47,010 nucleotides of DNA from Chiloscyllium plagiosum (Eukaryota), in the NCBI RefSeq assembly GCF_004010195.1, contig NC_057719.1:10796998-10844007 (forward strand), read 5' to 3'. The position numbers were made by a program, and so were the translations under genes. Positions 34,274 to 46,314 of this stretch are shown here, piece by piece (position 1 is the stretch's first letter; each line of letters starts with the position of its first letter). The notes under the pieces were generated by a model. That model was not told where the DNA came from. It did not search any database and was given only the letters and a program-made list of their open reading frames with translations.

Positions 34274-35635
34274 TCTCTGTTGGTTGGAGTCATATCTAGC
34301 ACATAGGAAGATAGTTGTGTTTTACACAGCTCCAGGACATCTCTGCAGGACTTCCTCAGGGTAGTGGCCTAAGTCCAACCATCTTCAGCTGCTTCATCAA
34401 TAATCTTCCCTCCGTCATAATCTCAGATGTGAGGTTGCTCACCAATGGTTGAATAATCTTCAGCTTCTTCTTCAGAAACTAAAACCATCAATGTCCAAAT
34501 GCAGCAAGACAATGTTCAGGCTTAGGCTCACAAGTAGCAAGAAACATTTACGCTACGCAAGTGCTAGGATTTATGGTCAGTGAGAAAATCTAATCAACAT
34601 TCAATGACATTAAAATTGCTGAATCAAACGTTCTGGAAGTTACCACTTTAGATTTTAGATTAGATTCCCTACAGTGTGGAAACAGGCCCTTCAGTCCAAC
34701 AATTCCGCACCGACCCTCCGAAGAGTAACCCACCCATTTCCCTCTAACTAATGCACCTAACACTATGGACAATTTAGCATGGCCAATTCACCGGACCTGC
34801 ACATCTTTGGACTGTGGGAGGAAACCTGAGCACCCAGAGGAAACCCACGCAGACACAGGGAGAACAATAACTGAACTGAGAATGTGGTGCTGGAAAAGCA
34901 CAGCAGGTCAGGGCAGCATCTGAGGAGCAGGAAAATCAACATTTCGGGCAAAAATCCTTCATCAAGAAGGGCTGATTCCTGATGAAGAGCTTTTGCCCAA
35001 AACCTTAATTCTCCTGCTCCTCAGATGCTGCCTGACCTGCAGTGCTTTTCCAGCATCACACTCTCGACTCTGATCTCCAGCATCTGCAATCCTCATTTTC
35101 TCCCAATAACTGAACTGGACCAGCTATAAAAGTACAGTGGCTATAATAACGAGTCAAAGGCTAGGAATACTGCAGCAAATCAGATTTCCTGACTCCTCAA
35201 AATCTGTCCATCATTAACAAAAGCGCAGGTCAGGAGCGTGATGGAATACTCCCCATTGACCGGATGAGTGCTGCTCCAACAATATTCAAGAACCTTGACA
35301 CCATGCAAGACAAAACAGCCAACATAACTGGCATCACGTACACTCTCTCAACCACTGGCACTCAGTAGCAGCAGTGTATACGATCTACAACATGAGCAGC
35401 AGAAATTCACCAAAGTTCCTGAGACAGCACCTTCCAAAACCATGACCATTTCCATTCTTGTCAAAATATATTGCCGTTGCTTCACTATCACTGGGACAAA
35501 ATCCTGGAACTCCCTCCCTAATGGTATTGTGGGTGTTTGCATACCCCAAGGACAGCAGTGGTTTGGGAAGGCAGCTCATTACCACCTTCTCATGGGAAAT
35601 TAGGGACTGGCACAGCCAACAAATGCCCACATTTC
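34274..35635 (+). mobile_element. Older CR1-clade LINE fragment interrupted by an HE1 SINE (34648-34864, -) and a PLE fold-back
   Basis: CCTCAGGGTAGTGGCCTAAGTCCAACCATCTTCAGCTGCTTCATCAA, homologous to 3785-4730. Confidence 0.75.
34879..35103. mobile_element. PLE-derived fold-back, eroded hammerheads on both strands
   Basis: TSD CAATAACTGAACTG (34865-34878, 35104-35117); inverted arms and the same tail as 9659-9879. Confidence 0.85.
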
Positions 35636-36062
35636 CAAAAATCTCCCTCTCTGTGCACCTTCTCTGCAGCTGTAACATTGTATTCCTCACTCTGTTCTAT
35701 TGCCCTAATGCACTTTATATGGTATGATCTGCCTGTACTGCACGCAAAACAAAACTTTTCACTGTACCTAAGTACATGTGACAATCAAATCAAAGAAAAA
35801 TCAAAATCATAAGGCAAGGAAAGTGGGGATGGAATGAGGCAGCTCCTGAGGAAAGTCTGCTTTTGTATTGCGAGACAGAAGCAATCTCCTCAGAAATAGA
35901 TGAGGCAGACCAAAACAAAAGCAGTCTCAAATTGTGAATACCGAAGTAGAAAGAGCAGTCAGACATGGGCTCAGGTGGAAGTGGCTTTGTGCAACATATT
36001 CAAGCTTTAAGAAGAGTAGATGAACTGCTCTGTACAAGCAGCAATAAACTGGAAGTGAATCA

Positions 36063-36460
36063 GCCTGGCAGCACTCTTGTCTTGAAGGCAGGACGTTATG
36101 GGTTCAAGTCCCACTCCAGAACCTTGAGCAGAAAGATTAAGGCTGACACTGAAGGCGTGCTGCACTGTCACAGATGTCTAACATAAAGCTTAAAGCGAGC
36201 TGCTTTCTGTCCTTTCAGCTTGAGATAAACAAATCCCACTGCACGATTTTGAAGAGGAACAGAGCATTATCCCTGGATAGCTGAATAATGTTTATCCCTC
36301 AATCGTTTTGAAAAAGAAATTAATTGGTCATTACCATGTCACTGTTTATGGGAGCTTGCTGTGTAGAGACTGGAATTCTTACAGTTTTGCACTTCACAAG
36401 TACTTCAGAAATATTGTAAAACTTCCAGAGCTCGTGCAAGATTAAAGTACAAGTTTAATC
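36063..36460 (+). mobile_element. Deu-domain tRNA-derived SINE
   Basis: B-box GGTTCAAGTCC, GCTGCACTGTC, TTTATCCCTCAA, GGGAGCTTGCTGTG. Confidence 0.7.
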
Positions 36461-36761
36461 TTCATTTCTGTTACCCAAACTCAACTGACTATACTTTATA
36501 GGATATTGTTTTCTGACTGTACTTTGTGTCTGAGTCGAACCAGCGATTGCCATCAGACTGTTTGACTGTGTAAGGCATTGCTGATGAACTCAGTATTGTC
36601 TTTGCTTTTCCAACAGTTACAATGAGACAGTGATCAGTAGCTGTCTACTCTTCCGTGCCAAGGAGGTGGGGGGCTTAAGCTTAAACTTGATACTCTAATG
36701 CACTTGTCAACTGAACTGAAACATAAAGCAGGAATCAAACCTGAAGCCTTTCTGCTCGGAC

Positions 36762-37111
36762 CATAGAATCCCAGCAGTATGGAGGCAAGCCATTCGGCCC
36801 AGAACTCCACACTGCCCCTCTGAAGAGCATCCCACCCAGACCCACTCCCTATCCCCTGTGACCCTGCATTTTCCTAAGGCTAAGCCACCTAGCGTACACA
36901 TCCCTGAACAAGATGGGCAATTTAGCAAGGCCAATCCACCAAACCTGCACATCTTTGGACTGTGGGAGGAAACTGGAGCATCCAGAGGAATCCCACACAA
37001 ACACAGGGAGATCATGCAAATTCCACCCAGACAGTCGCCCAAGTGTGGAATCGAACCCAGGTCCCTGGCGCTGTCAGGTAACAGTGCTAACCACTGAGCT
37101 CCCATGCTGCA
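36762..37111 (-). mobile_element. HE1-type SINE, near full length
   Basis: A-box AGCTCAGTGG and B-box GGTTCGATTCC on the minus strand; CR1-like tail. Confidence 0.88.
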
Positions 37112-37786
37112 CATAACTGTGGTTGCATTTTGCCGGAGACAGTGTATTAATAGGATCAGAGAAAGAGAAGGAAGCCCTTCAACCTATTGAGTATTCTCTG
37201 TCTTACAATTAGGCTGATCTGTAGATATTTTCTAATCAATCTGTTCAGAAATGTTATTACACTATTGGAGCAAGTGGAACTTGAACCCTGGCCTTCAAAA
37301 TCCAACAGGTCTTAACTCTACCAACCCGCCTTGGCTCTGAAAGTCTTTCATAACCTTGGTGAGCCAAAATTCTAGCGGCCTCCGTTTTGACATTTACAAT
37401 AGGATCCCATCCTGGGAAAAAGAACGGCAGCTTTCTTTATGTGAAGAAGCATTTCTGGATATCAGCTTGGAAAGTCTGAGCAATGAGAAGCTGCTTCTGG
37501 ACTCTATCCTCCCACCACCACTTCACTCCCTCCATCCCATCAAATTCCCCATACTTTCAGAGAAAAGAGCTTCTCAATTAACAGCAGCGACTGCTTGTTA
37601 ATCTTCTGAATTTTATGATCCCTTCAGCTTCTCAACTCAAGGGAGTTGAACGCTCAGTGGAGTTTGATGGTGTACAGGCACAATTGGGACAAATGCACTA
37701 TCAGAGGATTTAGATGGATCCCAACGTCAGATTTCTGAGACTAACAGGGCATAGGGCTAAGGGACAAACAAAGGAGTAACAGAGAT

Positions 37787-39075
37787 GCAGAGGGGTAAGG
37801 GAGAGGCAGGGGGTAAGGGAGAGGCAGAGGGGTAAGGGAGAGGCAGAGGGGTAAGGGAGAGGCAGAGGGGTAAGGGAGAGGCAGAGGGGTAAGGGAGAGG
37901 CAGAGGGGTAAGGGAGAGGCAGAGGGGTAAGGGAGAGGCAGAGGGGTAAGGGAGAGGCAGAGGGGTAAGGGAGAGGCAGAGGGGTAAGGGAGAGGCAGAG
38001 GGGTAAGGGAGAGGCAGAGGGGTAAGGGAGAGGCAGAGGGGTAAGGGAGAGGCAGAGGGGTAAGGGAGAGGCAGAGGGGTAAGGGAGAGGCAGAGGGGTA
38101 AGGGAGAGGCAGAGGGGTAAGGGAGAGGCAGAGGGGTAAGGGAGAGGCAGAGGGGTAAGGGAGAGGCAGAGGGGTAAGGGAGAGGCAGAGGGGTAAGGGA
38201 GAGGCAGAGGGGTAAGGGAGAGGCAGAGGGGTAAGGGAGAGGCAGAGGGGTAAGGGAGAGGCAGAGGGGTAAGGGAGAGGCAGAGGGGTAAGGGAGAGGC
38301 AGAGGGGTAAGGGAGAGGCAGAGGGGTAAGGGAGAGGCAGAGGGGTAAGGGAGAGGCAGAGGGGTAAGGGAGAGGCAGAGGGGTAAGGGAGAGGCAGAGG
38401 GGTAAGGGAGAGGCAGAGGGGTAAGGGAGAGGCAGAGGGGTAAGGGAGAGGCAGAGGGGTAAGGGAGAGGCAGAGGGGTAAGGGAGAGGCAGAGGGGTAA
38501 GGGAGAGGCAGAGGGGTAAGGGAGAGGCAGAGGGGTAAGGGAGAGGCAGAGGGGTAAGGGAGAGGCAGAGGGGTAAGGGAGAGGCAGAGGGGTAAGGGAG
38601 AGGCAGAGGGGTAAGGGAGAGGCAGAGGGGTAAGGGAGAGGCAGAGGGGTAAGGGAGAGGCAGAGGGGTAAGGGAGAGGCAGAGGGGTAAGGGAGAGGCA
38701 GAGGGGTAAGGGAGAGGCAGAGGGGTAAGGGAGAGGCAGAGGGGTAAGGGAGAGGCAGAGGGGTAAGGGAGAGGCAGAGGGGTAAGGGAGAGGCAGAGGG
38801 GTAAGGGAGAGGCAGAGGGGTAAGGGAGAGGCAGAGGGGTAAGGGAGAGGCAGAGGGGTAAGGGAGAGGCAGAGGGGTAAGGGAGAGGCAGAGGGGTAAG
38901 GGAGAGGCAGAGGGGTAAGGGAGAGGCAGAGGGGTAAGGGAGAGGCAGAGGGGTAAGGGAGAGGCAGAGGGGTAAGGGAGAGGCAGAGGGGTAAGGGAGA
39001 GGCAGAGGGGTAAGGGAGAGGCAGAGGGGTAAGAGGCAGGGGGTAAGGGATAGGTGGAGGGGTAAGGGGGAGGCA
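37787..39075. repeat. 19-bp minisatellite (GGCAGAGGGGTAAGGGAGA)n, about 65 copies
   Basis: Exact 19-bp period (37861 and 39001 are 60 units apart), degenerate only at the edges. Confidence 0.98.
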
Positions 39076-39219
39076 GGGGGATGAGTGGGAGGTAGAGGAT
39101 CGCTACATGACTGAACCAATGAACATCACAAATGAATGGCAGAATGTATGATAATCAGTTTAACCTTTTAACAGTGATGGAAACAAACTCTTAAGCAAGC
39201 CAGACATTAACCTTTCTTT

Positions 39220-39315
39220 TGAAAAAGGGTCACTGGACCCAAAACATAAACTGTGGATTTCCTCCACAGTTGCTGCCAGACCTGCTGAGCAGATCTAGCA
39301 ACTTCTGTTTTTGTT
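39220..39315 (+). mobile_element. PLE terminal fragment, family 3
   Basis: TGAAAAAGGGTCACTGGACCCAAAAC (eroded hammerhead) and GCTGCCAGACCTGCTGAG. Confidence 0.6.
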
Positions 39316-39453
39316 AGTCATTAGGCCTGATCTGTTATAACATCAGAGCACACAGGAAATCTGGGAGACCTCCAGAGTAGGTGTCAAGTGCTGCAGAGGA
39401 GCAGAGAACTGGAGAATAAATATTCATCATCTTTCCTTTGGCAGAGAGCAGCG

Positions 39454-39625
39454 TCATTGCGGGTGAGGATGATGATAGCCTAAGATCTCAGCGATCCAGC
39501 TCCCCAGCAACGTTGCCTTAATCCACAGCAATGCCTCATAAAGGTTGATCTGCCAAAGATCAAGAGTCTCGGACAAGGAGATTTTCAGCTTCCCGTACCA
39601 GGACTGACATTTATCCCTCTCGTGC
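39454..39625 (-). CDS. Probable terminal coding exon of an unnamed - strand gene
   Basis: Acceptor TTTTCTGTTTTATTTGACAG|G, phase 2, HERDKCQSWYGKLKISLSETLDLWQINLYEALLWIKATLLGSWIAEILGYHHPHPQ-stop; non-repeat, retains CpGs. Confidence 0.65.
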
Positions 39626-42097
39626 CTGTCAAATAAAACAGAAAATCGATGTTCAAATTCCTGAGAGTGAACACAAAATCCAGACACCACAAGCCTCAAA
39701 GGTGGTCCTTCAGAAAACCATTAGCGCTGAACACATGTTTTATAGCACCTTCTTTGATAAGACCATTAGATGTAGGAGGAGTTTTAGGCCATTCAGCCCA
39801 TTGAGTCTGCTTTGTCATTTGATTAATGGCTGTTTCTTAACCCCATTCTCCTGCCTTCTCCCCATGACCCCTCATCCCCTTGCCAATCAAGAACCCATCA
39901 ACCTCTTTCTTAAATACCCTCCATGAAGTTCATTTTGTTCATGGCTTTTAAACCATATCCTTAAGAGTAAATACTTTTTAAAAATATCTGATCAATTTTC
40001 TCCCTCACTGCTGCCTGACAGAAGTAGTTACAAAGATAGTGGATGCATAAGTAGTACTCTTTCAGGAATCCTTAGATTCAGAGCGGGTCAGAGCAACTCA
40101 CGTTAAGAAACAGCTCAGTATTCACGCTTCAAGAATGGGATGGGATGGCAGCTAACTTATAACAACAACATCTTGTATTTATACAGTACCTTCAACGTGG
40201 CAAAAAAATCATAAGCGTGCTCACCACTTGGTCATTACACCACTCTAGGGCAAGATGAGCCCTGGCTGATTTGTGGCTTGACCAATGCATAGGTTCTGAG
40301 CTCAGGCACAACCGAGGATACCTCAGGTTTTAGTGACCCATGTGGAGGTCAATATACACAATAAACATGAATTTCTAATCCAAAACGTAACGTAGAATGC
40401 ACATTTTGTTGTTAATGAAAGGTGTTTTCTTCTCAGTTGACCTTAATTGAGCATCCTGGCCAATGGTTAATATCTATCAGATAATATTTGTCATTTAAAT
40501 TTGCCATCTAGCCAAAAAGACGTTACACCTATCACACAAATGAGCAACGTTGTAGATGAAATTCCATGCCAGTATGGTGCCAGGTATGTAGGCCATATGT
40601 CCTAAATACGGTATCAAGCAGCATATCCTTTCAGCTGTCTGTAACAAACAAAGTATTCAATGTACCCAAACAGAAATGCTTGCAAAACCCACAATACAGT
40701 GTCCGACATGAGATGTGATTCTAAATTGGATAGTTGTTGTTCAATAATCCCGAGTGTGTACAGAATTATGTTGATCATCACTTTAGACCTGAGCCTAGAG
40801 TGTGGTGTACTGGAAGTTCCAGATATTAGTACATAGGACCCGTGTTCTTTGCATTCAGAAAGAACATGGATAGACACTGCACCTGATCCAACTCAACATA
40901 AGAGGCAAGAGCCATTTGCTGGTTCATTCCACATGGCAATGGCTTGACCAATCATACAGCCTGGTGTAAGATTTAAACTTAGCCGATCAGTCATCACTAA
41001 ATGGTGCATTCTCTGTGGCAATACAACTATCAATCAGGGTTCAATTCCCAATGAATCAGCACTCTTCTCCTACAATGTACAAAGTGTTGGTTTCTCCCTC
41101 AAATTAATATTCTTGTGTTCTGTCCTGATGAGTGCAAAATGAAAACTTTCATCAATATGTGCCTTATTTCAACAGTACTCACATTTATCATTTTGTTGGC
41201 TCGAGAGAGAGGAGCAGGGAGACCTGGCAGTAATGCAGAAGAAAGTATGGCCTGCTCTTCAGAAAACCTACTCAATTTTCGTTGCCTTGAGTTCAATGTG
41301 GCTCCTCATTGAGGAAAATAAACGGCAAATTGTTCAAGGATGAAATGAAACGCTCTGCAGTTGTTTTGTGATCTCTATAACAGGGAGAGTATTGCTGCTT
41401 GGCATTTTCAGAAATGCGTTTACTTCAAACATTTGAACTGGCAACATGTCCCTGGAGGTGTCAGCTCTAGTACACTGGTGTCGCTGGCTTTGATTCTGTG
41501 AAACGGAACAGCAGCATGGAGGAAATCAGAATTTGAGACGTCAAAAAAAAGAATAAATGCCTGTCAGGATTGATGACAGCATGATTTTAACAGCAATACC
41601 AATACCAGCTCATGAATTTGATGGACATGTCTCCTCATCCACCTGGGAGTGGCCATGTGGCAGGAGCATGGTTCAAGGTTCAGGATTTTTTCAGATGACT
41701 GTGATGGGTGGCGATCTGGGAGAGTGGATTATAAAGGATATCTTTCACTGGGCATTTTAATGTCTGAGGAAACAAGGGGCAGGGATGGTGCGAGTACTAA
41801 GTGTGAGCCAGAGAAGGTGACCAAAAGCTTTAGAGGGTGTCAAAGAAAGGAAGAGTGTGCATTTCTATAGCACCTTCAATACATGGTCAGTGGTGTAATA
41901 TAGCCAACTGGTGTGGTACAAACTCCCCCCCCCCCCCCACCACCAAAATAAATAGCAGTATGACCAGGTAATTATTTTTTGGTGATGTTAATTTTTTTTT
42001 ACAAGTTGTTCATGTGGGAGATGGGTGTCACTGGCTAGGCCAGCATTTATTTCCCATCCCTAGTTGCCAAAAGGGTAGTTAAGTCAAGCACATGACA

Positions 42098-42437
42098 CTC
42101 ACAACTGTGTGGCCAATTCCGCCCCAACTCCATTTACAAGTTTGCTGATGACACTGCCATTATAGGTCGGATCTGAAACCACAACGAGACAGAATTCAGA
42201 GAAGAGATTGAGGGCTTACTGGTACGGTGTAAAGACAACAATCTCTCCATTAATGTCAACAAAACATCATTGAATTCAGGCAGTGGAGTGAAGGGCACGC
42301 CCCTGTTTGCAGCAATGGTGCTGAGGTGGAGATGGTCAGGAGCGTCAAGTTCCTGAGAGTGATGATCACGAACAATCTGTCCTGGTCCACCCACATCAAG
42401 AAAACACAATAATGTCTCTACTCCTTCAGGAGGCTAA
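42098..42437 (+). mobile_element. Rex1/Babar-type LINE RT fragment (resumes at 46081-46320)
   Basis: NSIYKFADDTAIIG...CKDNNLSINVNKT; after the CR1, TIFYGYTIKSVLSGCI. Confidence 0.8.
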
Positions 42438-45400
42438 AAGGTAGGAGAGGTAGGTAGGGTAGTGCAGGAGTCCTCTGTGGCCATCCCCATTTCAAACAAG
42501 TATGCTGTTTTTTAGAAAACGTAGTAGTTGATGGACTCTCAGGGAAATTAAACACAAACAGGCAGGTTTCTGGTATTGAGACAGGCTCTAACGTAATGAG
42601 GGGTATGTCGGGTTCCAAGTGATCGATTGTGTATGGGGGCTCTCTCGTCAAATGGCTCACAGACCTTTCTGCGGTCAGCAGCGAAAAGTCAAAATGGTGC
42701 GTTGCCTCCCTGGTGCCAGGATCAAGGATGTCTCAGAGACGGTGCAGAACGTTCTCTAAGGGGAGAGGGACCAACAGGAGGTCATTGTATACATTGGAAC
42801 TAACGACATAGGAAGGGAAAAGGATGAGATTCTGAAGGGAGAATATAGTAAGTTAGGCAGGAATTTAAAAAAGGTCCCCGAGGGTAGTAATATCTGGATT
42901 ACTTCCAGTGCTACGTGCAAATGAGGGTAAGAATAGGATAGAGCAGATGAATGCATAGTAGAGGATCTGGTGCATGGGAGAAGGGCTCACATTTTTGGAT
43001 TAATGGAATCTCTTCTGGGATAGAAATTACTTGTAGAAGAAGGACAGATTGCACCTGAATTGGAAGAGGACAAATCTTCTGGCAGGGAGATTTGCGAGAG
43101 CTGCTCAGGTTGGGAGGGTGGTGGGGGAGTTTACCCAAGGAGATAGTGAGGAAAGAGATCAGTCTGAGATTGGTACAGTTGGGAAAAGGAGTGAGTCAAA
43201 CAATCAGGGCAGACAGGGACAAAGCAGAGAACAAGGTAGAACTGATAAAATAAACTGCATTTACATCAATGCAAGAGGCCTAACAGGGAAGGTAGATGAA
43301 CTCAGGGCATGGTTAGGAACATGGAACATAGCAATTATAGAAACATGGCTCAAGGATGGACAGGACTGGCAGCTTAATGTTCCAGGATACAAATGCTACA
43401 GGAAGGATAGAAAGGGAGGCAAGAGAGGAGGGGGAGTGGCATTTTTGATAAGGGAGAGCATTACTGCTGTATTTAGGAAGGATATTCCTGGGAATACATC
43501 CAGGGATGTTATTTGGGTGGAACTGAGAAATAAGAAAGGGATGATCACCTTATTGGGATTTTATTATAGACCTCCCCAATAGTCAGAGGGAAATTGAGAA
43601 ACAAATTTGTAAGGAGATCTCAGCTGTCTGTAAGAATAATAGGGTGGTTTTGGTAGGGGATTTTAACTTTCCAAATATAGACTGGGACTGCCATAGTGTT
43701 AAGGGTTTAGATGGAGAGGAATTTGTTAAGTGTGTACAAGACAATTTTCTGATTCAGTATGTGGATGTACCTACAAGAGAAGGTGCAAAACTTGACCTAC
43801 TCCTGGGAAATAAGACAGGGCAGGTAACTGAGGTGTCAGTGGGGGAGGACTTTGGGGCCAGTGACTATAATTCTATTACTTTTAAAATAGTGATGGAAAA
43901 GGACTAAAAGTTGAAGTTTTAAATTGGAGCAAGGGTAATTTTGACAGTATTAGGCAAGAACTTTCAAAAGCTGATCGGGGGCATATGTTTGCAGGTAAAG
44001 GGATGGTTAAAAAATGGGAAGCCTTCAAAAATGAGATATCGAGGGTGCAGAGAAAGTATATTCCTGTCAGGGTGAAAGGGAAGGCTTGTGGGTATAGGGA
44101 ATGCTGGATGACTAGGGAAATTGAGGTTTTGGTTAAGAAAAAGGAAGCATATGTCAGGCATGAACAGGAGAGACTGAGTGAATCCTAAGAAGAGTATAAA
44201 GGCAGTAGGAGTATACTTAAGAGGGAAATCAGGAGGGCAAAATGGGGACCACGAAATAGCTTTGGCAAATATGGTTAAGGAGAATTCAAAGGCATTTTAT
44301 AAATATATTAAGGACAAATGGGTAACTAGGGAGAGAATAGGGCCCCTCAAAGATCAGCAAGGCAGCCTATATGGGAGCCGCAGGAGATGGGGATATACTA
44401 AATGAGTATTTTGCATCAGTTGCTGTGGAAAAGGACATGGAAGATATAGAATGTAGGGAAATAGATGGTGATAGCTTGAAAAATGTCCATACTACAGAGG
44501 AGGAAGTGCTGAATGTCTTGAAACTCATAGAAGTGGATAAATCCCCAGGACCTAATCAGGTGTACGCTAGGACTCTGTGGGAAGCTAGGGAAGTGAATCC
44601 TGGGCCTCTTACTGAGATATTTGTATCATCGATAGTCACAGGTGAGGTGCTGGAAGATTGGAGGCTGGCTAAAGTGGTGCCACTGTTTAAGAAAGGTGGT
44701 AAAGTCAAGCCAGGGAACTACAGACCAGAGAGCCTGACATCGGTGGTGGGCAAGTTGTTGGAGGGAATCCTGAGGGATAGGACGTACATGTATTTGGAAA
44801 GGCAAGGACTGTTAGGGATAGTCAACATTGCTTTGTGCATGGGAAATTATGTCTCACGAACTTGATTGAGTTTTTTGATGAAGTAACAATGAGGATTGAT
44901 GACGGCAGAGCAGCGGACATGATCTATATGGACTTCAGTAAGGCATTGAACAAGGTTCCCCACGGGAGACTGGTTAGCAAGGTTGGATCTCATGGAATAC
45001 AGGGAGAGCTAACCATTGGGACACAGAACTGGCTCAAAGGTAGAAGACAGAGGGTGGTGATGCAGAGTTCCTTTTCAGAATGGAGGCCTGTGACCATTGG
45101 AGTGCCCCAAGGATCGGTGCTGGGTCCACTGCTTTTCGTTGTGTATAATAATGATTCGTCATGTATATAAAGCTTGCAGAGGACACCAAAGTGTAGTCAA
45201 CAGCGGAGAAGGTTACCTCAGATTACAACAGGATCTTGACCAGATGGGCCAATGGGCTGAGAAGTGGCAGATGGAGTTTAATTTAGATAAATGTGAGGTG
45301 CTGCATTTTGGGAAAGCAAATCAGGGCAGGACTTATACACTTAATGGTAAGGTCCTAGGGAATGTTGCTGAACTAAGAGACCTTGTTGTGCAGGTACACA

Positions 45401-46080
45401 ATTCCTTGAAAGTAGAGTCGCAGGTGGATAGGATAGTGGAGAAGATGTTTGGTATGCTTTCCTTCATTGGTCAAAGGGTTGAGGGTAAGAGTTGGGAGGT
45501 CATGTTGCAGCTGCACAGGACAATGGTTAGGCTGCTTTTGGAATATTGTGTGCAATTCTGGTCTCCCTCCTATTGGAAGGATGATGGGGAACTTGAAAGG
45601 GTTCAGAAAAGATTTACAAGGATGTTGCCAGGGTTGGAGGATCTGAGCTACAGGGAGAGGCTGAACAGGCTGGAGCTGTTTTCCCTGCAGCGTCGGAGGC
45701 TGAGGGGTGACCTTATAGAGGTTTACAAAATTATGAGGGGCATGGATAGGATAAATAGATGAGGTCTTTTACCTGAGGTGGGGGAATCCTGAACTAGAGG
45801 GCAAAGGTTTAGGGTGAGAGGGGAAAGATATAAAAGAGAGCTAAGGAGCAACCTTTTCATTCAGAGGGTGGTACATGTATGGAATGCATTGCCAGAGGGA
45901 GTGGTGGAGGCTGGTACAATAGCAGCATTTAAAAGGCATCTGGATGGGTACATGATTAGAAAGGACTTAGAGGGATATGAGCCAAGTTCTGGCAAATGGG
46001 ACTATATTGGGCTGGGATACCTGGCATGTACGAGTTGGACCAAAGCGTTTGTTTCCGTGCTGTACATTTCTATGACTCTA
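42438..46080 (+). mobile_element. Near full-length HER1/CR1 LINE, degenerate: ORF1 SGNH esterase, ORF2 APE endonuclease and RT
   Basis: LPGARIKD, IGTNDIG, DRLHLN; YINARGL, ETWL, GDFNFP, LDLLL, SDYN; PGNYRP, DFSKA, GVPQGSVLGP; TCTATGACTCTA tail. Confidence 0.95.
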
Positions 46081-46314
46081 ACCATTTTTTATGGATACAC
46101 CATAAAAAGCGTCCTATCTGGATGCATCATAGTTTAGTATGTCACTGTTCTGCCCAAGCCCAGTTAACCACATAAACCAGCCTTCCATCCATTGACTTTG
46201 TCTACACTTACTGCTGCTTTGGGAAAGTAACCAACATCATCAAAGATCCTCACACCCCGGTTATACTCTCTTTCATCCTCTTCCATGGGGCAGAAGATAT
46301 AAAAGTTTGAAAAC

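Noticed and set aside
37710..39119. 469-aa Pro/Leu-rich ORF, the longest in the track
   Set aside because: It is the translation of a stop-free 19-bp minisatellite; the 19-aa period is three units cycling through all frames
41183..41223. Minus-strand exon candidate with a GTGAGT donor upstream of the 39625 exon
   Set aside because: The phase-2 frame needed to join has a TAA immediately before the donor
42438..46080. Active autonomous LINE
   Set aside because: Multiple stops and frameshifts, and the FADD motif is mutated (KLAEDTK)
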